Below, piece by piece: positions 36,306-49,419 of a stretch of DNA of 64,000 nt. The first letter of the stretch is position 1; the number at the start of each line of letters is the position of its first letter. The notes below the pieces were generated by a model that saw only the letters and a program-made list of their open reading frames with translations, ran no database searches and was not told where the DNA came from. The translations under genes and the position numbers were made by a program. Source of the stretch: Lepidodermella squamata (Eukaryota > Animalia > Gastrotricha); the NCBI GenBank assembly GCA_047495785.1, contig JBLDXI010000001.1, forward strand, positions 3,100,001-3,164,000. The letters run 5' to 3'.

Positions 36306-36665
36306 ATGTTCAGCGCGAAATTGTTGGCGAAATCGATGTTGCAACGGCACCGGGCTGGTTCAATCAGCTCGAACGTGAGTCGCACCCAACTTCACCGGTT
36401 ACGTTCAAATGTCTCGGAGAGTGTGACGAGCGAGGACGAAGGCGCGCCGCCGCTCTATTCGGCTACCTCGACTTCATCGTCGTCTGGGCACAGCCACGAC
36501 GCCAGCACGAGTTTTGTGACGGCGCCGCCTCGAATATCGCTGTCGAGCGGTGGGTTGCTTTCGCCGCGCAATAGCATCGTACCGGCCGCAACGCAAGTCA
36601 CTCCGAGCCACATTCACAACCCACTACAACCCACTACAAGCAATAGTGCAAGCAATAACTTATAA
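36306..36665 (+). CDS. Small Ser/Pro-rich, probably disordered hypothetical protein (119 aa)
   Basis: GC-rich island in AT-rich context, preceded by the acceptor TTTTCAG (36299) and AAAATG, followed by AATAAA (~36796). No recognisable domain. Confidence 0.45.
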   Translation: MFSAKLLAKSMLQRHRAGSISSNVSRTQLHRLRSNVSESVTSEDEGAPPLYSATSTSSSSGHSHDASTSFVTAPPRISLSSGGLLSPRNSIVPAATQVTPSHIHNPLQPTTSNSASNNL

Positions 36666-37339
36666 CACCTCGATATAGTTGAATTTTTTATGAAAATTAT
36701 TTGTGGTCTGTGAGATTCCCGTAGCTCATCTGTTTGTTTAATAATTTAACATTTTTATCGTGGATGTAATTTTGAAAATGTTGGGAATTTTCGAAAATAA
36801 AATTGTTTATTGACTATTTATTCTCTAGTGAATTCTTTCATCCATCCAGAGTTTAACGATTAATATATGACTGGCAAGAATGAAAATCTTCAGAAAAGCT
36901 AGATTTACTTCATTTCCCAGCACCCTGAATTTTTAGGGTTCGAACACACAATTTCCGCAGGCTGTTTTGAGCTTTCAGTGCGAAGAGCGAACATCGAAAT
37001 TTGTTACCCTTCCTAATTTTTATTGCGGGTGAGTAAAGTCCCTCCCCAAAATTAAAAAGTTGTTGTTTATCACTGTAATAAGAAACCAGTATCGCCTTTA
37101 TTTTCAATCGACTCGAACTACGAAACCTGAGTATAGACAGCGAAAAAGCTTTCTAAAAACTTTTAGCGCTTGAAATTCTAGTAAAATTGACCTGTCGATG
37201 AGTTCCGGAGCCTGATTTCACCCACATAGGTATCGCATTCATATTATTGCAAACATAATGCAAGGGCGAAAAATCGATTGTAAACCTCAGATATGAAAAT
37301 GCTTGAATAAACGCATTTGAAAAAAACCATAAGTACACC

Positions 37340-40300
37340 ATGATAATAGGTGTATTCGCTACTTTTTTGGTAATTTTATTAAGCGCCAGTGTGACCTTGG
37401 CGCAAAATGACCAGATTCGTCGAAAAAATGGTACAGTCGCTATGCTGGCGCTCATACCGCAAAATGACGATTTCTACGGGCCGGTATGTCGCGAGGCGAT
37501 TCAACTCGTCATCGACAAGATCAACCGAGCGACTAATGTCCTACCCAACGACTATATCGAAATAGAATACGGCAATGATCAATGCGATGCGAATGTTGGG
37601 GTGAGCGAATTCTTTCGGCTAACCCGTCTGAAGAAGAGACCAAGTGCTGTTCTGATCGGTTCAACATGCGACAACGTTTGCGAATCAGTCGGAGTGCTGC
37701 CGCATCTATTCTCGATGATTGAAGTCGCCGCAGGGTGTGCCACGCCTGTAATCTCACCCGGGCCGCTGTACTATGCATTCCACCGAGTTGTCACGCCGCA
37801 AGATCTGATATCCCGTGTTCGATTCTGGTTCATGAAGCTAATGAAATGGCGATATGTTGCTGTTGTAGCTGAATCCCGCGATTTAACCATGCGTGACGCT
37901 GTCAACTTCGTCAGAGCTGCGACGCCTGAAGGAATATCGATTACCTCCACTGAAATATACGCCGAGGCCGATATAGCTTCTGTGGTTAAACGATTGAAGC
38001 TGGCCAGCCCGCCTGTCATCCTACTGAATTGCGGCCCATCAACTTGCCACGAATTTTTATGCCAGGCCTTCAGAGTAAAACTCTACGGCCCTGAAGTCGT
38101 TTTTATCCTTAACAACTGGGTCAGAATTGATGTAAATCGCTCGTTCACCGATTGCAGACCTCAGGATTTAGCTGAAGTAGTAGATGGCGCGTTATTCATG
38201 GGGAGCATTAACGAAGACCCAGACGTCTTCACCACCTTGGGCTACAACTTATCTACATTTGACCAAGAACTAATTCAGAGACTGAATGGTAGTAACAAGC
38301 GACCGGCTGCGTGGGACGACCGAACACTATGCCACGATGCTGCTTTATTCGGCGCCCACGTTCTTCACTACGCTAATATCGACATGAGACAAGCAAATCG
38401 ATCGCTAGGAAACTTTTCGGCGAAAGATCCTAGTGTACTGCCTTTCATTATGTACGCTGCTAAAAAAGTTAACGTGATTGGGCTGAGAGGTCGTCTGAGT
38501 TTGACCCCAAATTACACGCAGGAAATGCTGACAACTATGGAGGTTGTTCAAATTCAAAATGGAACGAAAAAGCGGGTTTTCCTCTACTATCCTAACAATG
38601 ATCGAGACCCCAAAGTTTTCGCGCCTTTAAAATGGAAAACGTCGGATGGGAAGGCTCCTACAAACACTCCACCCCCAACGGTTTCAACAGCCCGTTATAC
38701 CTATCCTACATTTTCTTATGGTGCATACACGCCTACTACAACAACAGTTCGAAGTACGACTACAACACCGAGACCTACTACACCTGATCCGCCTGGTCCG
38801 AAGAATAAGACTGCGACAGTCTTCATGCTTGCAATGGTGCCTCAGGACTTGACCAGTAACGGGCCTGTTTGTCGGGAGGCGATGCAGCTAGTCATCGATA
38901 AGATCAACACGAATCCTGACATACTCCCCGGGCATAAAATAGACATCGTTTACGGGAATGACCAGTGTGATTCGCTTACTGGGGTTGGTGAGTTGATGCG
39001 TTTGACCCGTCTTAATCGTCCGGCGAGTGCTGTGCTGATCGGACCAACTTGCGATAATGTCTGCGAATCGGTCGGAGTTCTGCCACACATGTTTTCAATG
39101 ATTGAGGTAGCAGCTGGATGTGGAACTCCGACGGTTTCACCCGGGCCGCTTTACTTCTCCTTTCACCGAGTTACAGCTCCGCAAGATCTGATCGCCCGTG
39201 TTCGATTTTGGTTCCTCAGCCGGATGAAGTGGCGTAGGGTTGTAGTGGTCTCGGAAATACAAGAAAACCTACAACATGACACTGTCAACTTTGTCAGAGC
39301 AGCATCATGGGAAGGCGTTGAGATCTTATCGGTTGAGTTCTACTCCTCAGACCCTGCGCCTGCCGTCAATAAACTCAAAGCTTCTGATCTAGCTGGTGTA
39401 GTTATTCTGAATTGCGGACCAGCTACATGCGCCAACTTCTTCTGCGAGGCCTTCAAAGCGAAATTGTATGGCAATGTGGTATTCATAATGAATAACTGGG
39501 TTAAGCTTGACTTCAATCAATCGAGAACTGATTGCCGATCTCAAGATCTAGAGAAAGTCATCGAGGGGGCACTATTTATGGGAAATATTAAGGAGGACCC
39601 TGAAGTCACTACGTCTCTCGGTTACAATCTGACAGGCTTCGACCAGGAACTTGGTCGTCGGCTTAATGGCAGTACGAAATGGCAATCTTGGGAGAACAGA
39701 GCCTTATGCCACGATGCAGCTTTGTTTGGAGCGAACGTCTTACACCACGCTGAAATCGGCATGCGACGCGCTAATCGGAACATAGCGAACTTTTCGTCAA
39801 AAGATCCAACAGTTTTGCCATTTATTATGGACGCTACGAAACGGGTAAACACAGTTGGCTTGCGTGGTCTTCTTCGAGTGAGCCCGAATTACACGCAGGA
39901 AATTCTCACAACGATGGAAGTTGCTCAGATGCAGAACGGTAGTCTGACTCGGGTTTTCTTGTACTACCCAAACGGAGATCGGCAGCCTAAAGCTCTTGCG
40001 CCTCTGAAGGTGACGTGGGCCGATGCATTTCCTCCAATGAGGAGCACTGCGTCAACGGCTCGTTACACCTATCCGACTTTTCCTCCAAATATGTACACAC
40101 CGCCTACCCCTAAAACCACACCTAGAACAACAACTACCCCAGCACCTACCACAATTGATCCCAACGCCCCGAGGAACAAGTCTTTAACCGTTTCTTTACT
40201 TGCTTTAATTCCTCAATCGACTCCGGTTTGCCGGGAAGCGATACAGTTTGTGGTTGATAAAGTGAATGCTAATCCTTATGTCCTACCTGGCTATAAAATT

Positions 40301-42759
40301 GCCATCGAATATGGAGATGATCAGTGTGACTCGGACGTTGGAATCAGGGAGTTCTTTCGCCTAACTAAACTGAACCGCGCTCCAAGCCCTGTTTTGATCG
40401 GATCAACGTGCGATAATGTCTGCGAATCGGTCGGAGTTCTGCCGCATTTGTTCTCCATGATTCAAGTAGCTGCAGGCTGCGGCACTCCGACGATTTCCCC
40501 CGGCCCTTTGTACTTTGCTTTCCATCGCGTTGTTACCCCTCAGGACTTAATATCAACAGCAAGGTTCTGGTTGCTTAGACGATTCGGCTTAACAACAGTC
40601 GCTGTGGTCGCAGAATACTCCGAAGTAATGCAAAGAGATGCCATCAACTTTGTAAAGGCCGCATCTGGATGGGGCGTCTCTGTTTATGACACAACGCTTT
40701 ATGATATCAAAAACGGCGGGCTGGTTGGACCCTTGAAAAAGATAAAATACAAAGGCATTCAAGTCTTTCTATTCTTCTGCTCTGCAGCAAGTTGCCATAA
40801 GCTGTTCTGCGATGCGTTCAAAGCTCGTATCTATGGTCCGAGATACGTCATCATCTCCAACGATTGGATCACATTGAACTCAAGTGATTCGTCAACCTCC
40901 TGCCGATCACAGGATCTCGAAACCGTCTTCGAGAACGTTATTCTGATCGGGCCGGTTCGTGAGATCACTGACCCTGGGCTGATAACTACCTATGGCTACA
41001 CCCCCGCGGAGTTTGATGTCGAACTAACTCGCCGATTGAACGGTTCGAAAAACAGCTCGAAAGATTGGCAGGACAGAATTTTATGCCATGATGCAGCCAT
41101 GTTTGGAACGAGGGTACTTCACCATGCCGAGATCTTGCTACGTCAAGCAAAGCGACAGATTTCGAACTTTTCCGCAAAAGACCCTACTGTCTTACCATTT
41201 ATCATGTCAGCGACTAAGCAGGTCCGTTTGTATGGATTGAGGGGTTACCTAGCCCTGACCCCTAATTACACCCAAGAGATGTTAGAGCCGATGCAAGTCT
41301 CACAAATTCAAGGCGGTAAGACAGTTCGAAACTTCATCTATTATCCAAACGATGACCGCAATGCACGAGAGTTCTCGCCCATTAAATGGAGCGCGTTAGG
41401 CAAGTATAGTTTCACCTTGAACTCCTTATAAAATTTATCTTTTTGCAGATGGAAATCCTCCAGCCTTGAAAGCTCTAGACAAAACGTACAATGTAACTTT
41501 GTTGGCTCTTATCCCTCAAAACGGAACTTTTATGGGTCAAATCTGTCGCGAGTCCATCCAAATCGCCATTGATAGGATCAATGAGATGCAGGAACTTCTT
41601 CCGACTCGCAAAATCGAGGTTCTCTATGGCAATGACCAATGCGACCCTGTAGTTGGCTCGAAAGAGTTCTTCCGCCTGCTGAAAATGAAGAGAATGTCAA
41701 CCCCAGTTATCATCGGTTCAGTTTGTGAGGACGTTTGCAGATCGATTGGCACGCTACCGGGGAGTTTCAACATGCTGGAGATAGCAGCAGGTTGCTCGTC
41801 ACCTCTTATCAAACCTGGGAAAGGATATTCGTCTTTTTTGAGGGTTGAAACCCCACAGCATTTGGCCTCTGTAGCCCGGTTTTGGCTCTTCAACAAAATG
41901 GGCTGGAAACGAATTGCAATCCTTGCTGAGGAGGATAATTCACTGTTAACCAACGACCTGTGGTATTTTTACAACCAATCATCAAGCCAGGGTTTATCTG
42001 TCATCTCAGCCGAGTTCTACAACAATCGGAATATGGCTGAGAAGATACAAAATCTCAAGGCGAAAGACGCTAAGGTTGTTATGTTGAACTGCGGACCTGC
42101 AACCTGTAACCAGTTCTTCTGTGAGGCCTACAAATCGGGATTTTACGGCCCTCAAATCGTTTTTATTCTCAACAATGGCGTTAAGCTGGACGCATCTGGT
42201 TGCGGTAAGGAGGCTATGGAGGGTGCTTTAATGATTGGAACTATCAAAGGCCCGAATGAGCCGTCTTGGATGACTCATTTAGGATATTCGGTCGAAGAAT
42301 TCGACGCCTTGTTGAGGGGCCGAATTGACGGTGAAATCAACGAGGAAGCTTGGCAAAATCGAGCGCTATGCCACGATTCAGCTGTATTTGCTGGCCATGT
42401 CCTTCACTTGGCTGAGATTTACCTCCGATTGAAGCAGAAGGATGTTAGAAGTTTCAGCATGACTGATCCAGCGGTTCTTCCTTTGATCCAAGAGGCGGGC
42501 AAAAAAGCTAGGATTGTTGGTCTACGTGGGCTATTGACGCAGAGTAAAGATTTTCCTGGCGAAATGCTGCTCCCGATGGAAATTTCGCAGTTCATCAATG
42601 GCAAGGTGTCAAGGGCTATGATTTACTACCCAAATAATGATAGAGAGCCTGATTATCTTGCTCCTATTGATTGGAGGGGTTAGTTTTAAATGATTTTGCT
42701 CTTTATTCCGCATATCACAATCTAATTTTTTCTCAGGATCGAAGCCACCTATGGACTAG
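37340..42759 (+). CDS. Predicted secreted protein of four tandem GABA-B/ANF-receptor-type Venus flytrap domains, no 7TM (~1770 aa); exons 37340-41399, 41449-42678, 42737-42759
   Basis: Signal peptide, then four repeats of CRE(A/S)xQxxxD(K/R)xN...LP...YG(N/D)DQCD...FC.A(F/Y)K...YG...CHD. A GC-AG intron (41400-41448) restores W.x.x.DG.xP; the last exon gives WRGSKPPMD-stop, the motif that precedes the stalk/7TM in GABA-B receptors. AATAAA at ~42909. Confidence 0.85.
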
Positions 42760-44489
42760 TCACTTTTCCCATTCAACTGACCATATCTAGCTTGAACTTT
42801 GATTTAATTCAAAATATTTTTCGTTGTGCTACTTTTTCGGTAATATATAAAATTAGAAAATATATATTATTGGAAGTACTGTCAGTGGAACGTCACCTTT
42901 AATCTATAAATAAACACATTCGTTGCATTGAATCATAATTTTTCTCCACTCTCGTCGACTTCAGTTATTTTCGTATGTCTGAACTTAAAGCCTGGAATAT
43001 GCTACGGTATATTGAAAAGATTGCCAAATCACATGTGTGAGAGAGAGAGAGAGAGAGAGCGCATGAATCGAGGTTGTCGGGTCATTGCGATGCGTGAGAA
43101 ATAAAATAAATTCTCTTGCAATGAAAAATTCCGCAACAGGCGCGCAAACATTCAACGATGCCTTAAACATTCAACATATAATTCCTCCATAGAGATTTTA
43201 ATCTCCGGCTCGGAAACCGCATCAGCATCATCATCGTCAAATAAGCAACGACTTTATTCATCTTCCGGAATGCGTCCCAATTTTGCGGCGGCGAGGGCTC
43301 GCAGGCCTTAGATATTCGGCCAGGCGGTTCGTGACTACGTACACCGGGCGGTCAACTGTTACGTACTCTAATTTCGGCCGCTCATAAACAGCCAACTCGT
43401 ATTTCGGTCGTTTAAATGAAGCCTGGGTGATGGTTCGGTCGTAAATTACCAGTGTAGGTAGGGCGGCTTTTGAAATGGTGTCGCAGTCATTGCTGAGCGT
43501 TCAAATTCGACCAGAACATACTTGGGACGATCATCCACAGCCAGGCTTGTAGGTAACTGGCGTTTTAATCCAACGCCGCCACCCGACATTACGTAAAATG
43601 TCTAGTTATAACACGAAGGACACCAGAAATTTAAAATAAAAGATGCGTTTTAAATAAAAAATCTGATCACTAGCGAATTGAAAATTCGGTTTTAATACGC
43701 GGTGGAAATAAAAAGACGACGACAAGTAGCAAATAAAAATACCTAATACGGCTAATATAAAGTGATTCAGCCCCAAATCGTTCTTAATTTTTATTACCTA
43801 AACCCATAATTTTCAAACAGCGCCGCCGTAAAAATGTTCAAGTTTTCAGAATTTCCAAAACGATCGTTATCTATTCGAGGGCGTGGCGAGGAGATGTGAC
43901 GCTGACACAACCCGGCTGAAACGGAGAGGTAAACCCACTCTCCTCGCTGTACCACCTGTATTTCGCCCTCCTTCACGCATCAACAATGGATGAAGATTTA
44001 TATTTGAAATAAAAATTCCGAAAAATTCCAAAACGTTTTTTCGTATTTTTTTGTAAATTTCACGAACATTTTTATTTTAAATAAATTAAAATTTTTTAGA
44101 AAGTATGACACCTGCGTCGACGAAATCGATCTTATGCTACTGGTTGCTCTTGAGCTGATCCAACGATGTCAAAACCAGACTGCGGCTGTTGGCGAGGGCC
44201 AAATAACCAAATTGCTATCAGCTCGATGGCGAAAAGCTGCCGCAGCTGCAACTTGAGTAGTCGCCGACGAAGTTTTGTTTGGCTTTAAATTCGACGGAGG
44301 CGCCGCTGTTCTCGGCGATAGACGCGTGGAGACGACCGATTTAGCCGCGGTCAAATCGATGTACCAAGCGAACCGACCGATTACGCCGCCGCAATACTCT
44401 TTGAAAGCGCCGTCTGTGAATTTACATGGTGCGCCACAGCGTATCGAGCCGCCGCAATCTTCGAGTTGCGATTACTGACGAAGGATCGC

Positions 44490-44848
44490 CGTCGATAACC
44501 TCGCGGTCCTGAAAATAAATGTTTAAAATCGGTTGAAATTTTGATTTCGAGTAAAATTTACGGTCATGTCATCTTCGTAGCTGAAATCAAACACCAATTT
44601 CTGGCCGAATTTCATGGCGTGGATCACTCGGTTTTCATAATCATTTGAAAAAGCGTATTTTTCGGGGGTCGATCTGCGTTGTTTTCAGTTCGAAGTTTCA
44701 AACGCTCTTGGTGCGCTTTCTGACGCTCAGCCTTCTTCTTTTCATCGTTGATTCGGGTCAGCTCTTTTTTGCGAAAAAACGAATGCATTTTCGTGCGAGC
44801 GCCCTGAGACCGACAGGCTGGTAACTGCAGCCACTGGTCAGTCGTAAT
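44490..44848 (-). pseudogene. TRMT10C: Frameshifted, intron-containing fragment of mitochondrial RNase P protein 1 / tRNA m1R9 methyltransferase
   Basis: Minus strand reads ITTDQWLQL...FFRKKELTRINDEKKK...KNTLF (frameshift) RVIHAMKFGQKLVFDFSYEDDMT | intron 44509-44561 | DREV. This resembles the TRMT10C segment AMQFGQPLVFDMAYENYM as I recall it; similarity is lost after that. Confidence 0.7.
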
Positions 44849-45861
44849 ATTTTAAGCATCTTTAAATATTAATTGAGTTGTGATATTGATATCTCACTAT
44901 TAGTTTCCCAAGCTTCACGGAAAATATATCTTGGACAAATAATTAGTAACAGGTTATGATTATTGGCCCTCAATCGGCGCCATTAACAAACAGATATAAG
45001 TATACGTCAATCAGGAATAATAAAACCTGAACTGCACGCAACAGTAAAAATGTATCTAACTCTAGCAGCCAGATTGGTAGTTTGTGCTGTGAATTGGCGA
45101 AACTAATCAATTCCCCGAAAACCGAAGTAGGTACACAGTACACACTTCAATGCGGTCAAATCACAGTCAATTCAACCACCACAATCACCACGGAGTCTTG
45201 AGCCAGCTAAAAGCTCAGGGACAGTATGATTTCTCGCAAAATATCCATCCACCGTAAAAAAGCATCTTTTTAAGGCTGACCACGTGACTAATATCAGCTT
45301 TTAGTTTTGAACCGTAATATCAACAAAATTATTTTTATTCTTTATATTATGTTTTTTATTCTAATGCTCAACATGTTTTGTTTTGGCGGGAATTTTTCAA
45401 ATTTTTGAAAATTTGGAGCAGACCATCGCTTTGGGACCATGTCAGCTGATTTGTCGCTTTTCGAAATTTTCTCAGTCAGCGATGAATTTCCGGCAAGTTG
45501 AAAGCCAGGCAATCATCAGCCTTCTTGCTGAAGTGAGTTTGCGCATACATAGAACTTGAACGCGATTTCCTTCGATTTGTTGATAGGATGCTTTACCGTC
45601 AAACATTCTGGTTCTTGGACCATCTAGCTCGGGAAAATTTTATACTGTCGAACATTGTTCTGTTTCAAACGCTTTTGGATCTCCAAGCAAAATCGGCAAT
45701 AGAAACAACAGCAATTCTATTCCTTGCCGCTGTACTGGAATTCCTATCTATAGCTTTCTAAAATTGTTAGAAAAATACTTATTTTCCGTTTTTAAGCCTG
45801 TGTGGATTTCTGACAGCTCCCGATCTCCGGATGAAAACATTGGGTCTATTGATTCATTTAG

Positions 45862-46505
45862 GATTTCTCCTTCAGTCTTGTTTGTCCCTCAATCGCCAAA
45901 TCAGTCGATAAATCAGAAGATCGACTGACTCTGATTCGGCCAAACCGGCGAAGCGAGGTCGTGGTCGCCCAAAGAAAGCAAAAGTCGATCAACAAGCAGC
46001 TATGGCAGATCCTGCGAAAGGTTTCATTCTTCAATCTGCCGCTGAATCGGTAAACGACCTTGACAACAACGAACCTGAAACTCAAGCAAAACCGAGAAAG
46101 CGTGGTCGCCCGAAAAAGATTCTGGTTGCACTCAGTTCGATGTATCGACGGGTGCTGCATCTCATTCTGCTACCGCTGAAGAAGACCTCGCAAACCCTTC
46201 CGACCGTCTAATATTCAGGCCTGTTGGCGCGGATTGGCAAATCGAGGCTGTTGAAGTGCTTGGTTGCGATTTAGTCGAGGCCCACAGCGAATTCGATGAA
46301 CGAGATCCTGTGAGTATTTCCAGGACCCAAGCCCCTGGCGAAGTTCTACCTACCGAGGCGACCGGATCCTGCTTCTTCCAAGCTGCAGGGTATTTCATTG
46401 CTGGCTCGAACCCGCTCAATGACAATACAGTTGCAAGCAAAGTAAGTATAAATAAATATCTTTGTACTTTACATGTTATAATAATTTTCTTAGCTTCGAG
46501 ATATG
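45862..46505 (+). pseudogene. Disrupted transposon-associated ORF with an AT-hook and an OTU-like protease start
   Basis: KPRKRGRPKK (AT-hook); VLPTEATGSCFFQAAGYFIAG...|intron 46442-46493|LR resembles OTU xxGxCxFxA...LR; frameshifts and a stop. Confidence 0.45.
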
Positions 46506-46567
46506 TGACCACGTGGGAGTCAACAATTCTATTTTTCTCCCTGTAAACTACAAGAGCAATGCTAAAC

Positions 46568-46857
46568 CAGGGGCGTAACCAGGAATTTTTTTTGGTAGTT
46601 GTTATGGATCTGATAGTGAAATTTTCATTTTTCTCAGGATAATCCAAAGTCGGAAAGCGCCGATTTTCAATAGGAACTATTGACAATGTCGGGATTTCGA
46701 GCGAAGCGAGAAATTTTTTGATAATTTTGCCAACATTTCGTCTACTTTTTAAGCTATTTAAGCCATTTTCTCCAGAAAATAGGTCGAAGAGGGGTTTTTG
46801 AGTTTTCATTTTGGTAGTTGTTTGAACAACCAAAACAACCAGCTGGTTACGCCCCTG
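46568..46857. mobile_element. hAT-type MITE (290 bp)
   Basis: 15-bp TIRs CAGGGGCGTAACCAG / CTGGTTACGCCCCTG, flanked by the 8-bp TSD TGCTAAAC (46560-46567 and 46858-46865). Confidence 0.92.
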
Positions 46858-47729
46858 TGCTAAACGCTATTTATCCGCGAAAAGAATGCGAAAGTTGTCG
46901 TCGTTTGCGACCACAGTCGAGGTGCAAGCCATGTCTGATATGTTCAATGTACCGATTTACATTTTTGCCACTACGAACCGGTGATTTCAATGTAATATAG
47001 TTGATGAGGTTAAAATGAGATGAGAGAGTAATAAAAAAAGTTGAAGAAGCTTGATAAATGCTAAAAAACCTTAAACTATACCATGGAAGTTTATACTTAT
47101 TACTTATCCCATTACTTGTAAGTGCATAATAACGACTTGAAGGTCACATTAAATATCGGATACCATGCATATGATAAGGTCTAATGTCAAAATGAAATAC
47201 ATGTCACGACTCAGGACACGATGTCACACAGGTCTGTCAGGTGTCACGAGGGTCCGTTGTCACATGGTCTGCCAACTTCCTAAAAGCTGGTCATTTTGGA
47301 ACTTGGCAGACCACCCCATGTGGAGCCATACAATTTTGATGCCATTCGATGTGACACGAAAGTCACCTTAAGAAAATCATGTGTCACACTACATTAAAAG
47401 CTGGTAATGCTTGTCCGTTGTCAGTCACAGAACATGGTCTGCCAAGTTCAAACACGTCATCGACCTTGTATTCCAATCAACTTTTATTGCATTTTCAGTA
47501 ACAAAATAAAATAAAATATATTTTTCTTTAACAGTAATTAGAATTGTGAAAAGTCGGTAGTTTTTTCAGCGGCGGCGAGGCGAATAGTCGGACTTAGAGG
47601 GTTAATACGTTTATTACTTGATATTTTCTAGATTGCCTGCTCCGCCCCCGCACTTGTTGCAGTGGTACCTCGCCTACCCCAGCCCGCGCCATCATTGCTA
47701 GCAGCCCCTGTCGAAGGGCCTTGGTAAAT

Positions 47730-49002
47730 ACCGAATTCACTTTTGTCGACTAAACGACGACCCCTCAAAGTTCTTGACGGCTATATGTATCGTCATGCCT
47801 ACCTAATGGAGAATGGTTCTTCGACTTACAGATGCAACAGTTCAATCTTCTGCAAGGCTAAATTGCGAGTAGGCGCTGATGGCGGGATTTTTCAAAGCCA
47901 GTCGCCAGTTCATTTCGGCGGGATCGACTTTTTACTTTTTACTGCCCTACACGTTCTGATTGGACGTCATCATTAGGTCAGATCAACAACTTTAAGGATA
48001 GTCCATCTCTTGAAATAATATGGCAAGAACAATCTTTCTCATCGTTTTCTTGTAGAATAGAGTGTATATTTGTATGATATAGTACGAGTATTTTATTTAT
48101 ATCTGAGATTCGTAGCACGAGATGACCAAATCGAGTGCGGAGAATCCAGATAGGAATGAATTACGAGTGCTATATCGTAAAATATTGCATGAGCATGGGT
48201 ACTAACAAAAATTGAGAGTTGCGTCTCGTCAACAAAAAGTGAGTAATTTAAAAGTTTTAAAATTTGATTAAATTACTATTCGAGGAAGCCACATGTGATT
48301 TCGAAACTGGACTCTTAGCTGCTCTAAAGAAGCTAAAAGGGCGGAACGGCCAGTTCATCCGCATTATCAAGTGTCATTTCCATTACAGCCAGGCACTCAT
48401 AAAATGGCTGCGTGATCATGGGCTAATTAACTACTACCGACGCAATTCGTCCTTCCGAACATTCATACGGCGATTTATGGCTTTACATTTTCTACCCCTA
48501 GCCGCAGTGAAAGCCGCCGCTTAGCTCTTGTGTTCCACCGCGCCGCCAATTTTGGCTGAATTTGTTGAATATTACCGGAACACCTGGCTTGAGAAGTTCG
48601 AGCCCGAGATCTGGAACGTTCATGGCCGCGACATTCGAACTAACAACTTGGTCGAGTCGTGGTATCACAGAATAAATTGCAAACTAATCGCGCCCCATCC
48701 AAGTTTTTGGAAATTCGCCGAGCTTCTGATCGGCGAGGTTGCATCTATCGACTCTATTGATCTCTATTGATCTATTGATCTATTGACATTAGTTGTTGCA
48801 ACAGGCCGGCGGCCAGAAATTGGGTCTAACAGAAATCGAGAAGAAAAATGAGGCCATAAGTTTCATCACCGTGCAGTATAACAGCTCAATGAATATTCTT
48901 CAAGAACAAAAATTGGACGCTTTAAGCCATTCTTTCCGCTTGCGTGCAATTACAATCGATTTCCTTGTTGGCATCGGCGTTCACTTATGCGACTTGATTT
49001 AA
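47730..49002 (+). mobile_element. Degenerate Mutator-like (MULE) transposase with FLYWCH-type zinc finger
   Basis: 47743-47915 has LDGYMY...TYRC...CKAKL...H (FLYWCH-like). 48290-48770 has CDFETGL...KCHFHYSQA...FIRRFMALHFLP...FVEYYRNTW...IWNVH...RTNNLVESW, typical of the MULE DDE C-half. In-frame stop at 48522; the middle part is missing. Confidence 0.85.
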
Positions 49003-49419
49003 ACAAATCTTGATGATTTTCTCTTCTTCGCCTTGTTTCAATTTAGTTCACTTACTGATGAAAAGTCGCAACCTATCCAGCTTCAACCACTTGTCCAACA
49101 GCCCATTCAATTAAGCCCCACCTATTATTACGGTTCTGCCCTTTATTATTTCACATGATCATCACCCTCTGCCCTTTATTCCGGTTCTGCCCTAAATTTC
49201 GATCCTGCCTAAATATTCGTAAAATCGGTAGATTTCTTAAATTCAGCGTAATTCAAAGAGCGACCTTTTGCTTATCTAAATTAGGTTCCGCAACATGCAC
49301 AATTAATTCCCCAAATTCATTCATTCAATGCCAAATCCCGTGAGGGACATACAGCCCACGACATATTTTCGTAGTTCATAGGCAGAAAACAGATAATACA
49401 GGTAGTTCAGATAGAGCAG

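Noticed and set aside
41466-42683. Independent single-domain flytrap gene
   Set aside because: Starts at TTG with no signal peptide; joins the upstream ORF in frame via the GC-AG intron.
43300-43450. TTCGG(C/T)C-rich repeats as one terminus of the MULE
   Set aside because: No matching inverted partner or TSD found near the TCTGCCCT repeats at ~49130-49215.
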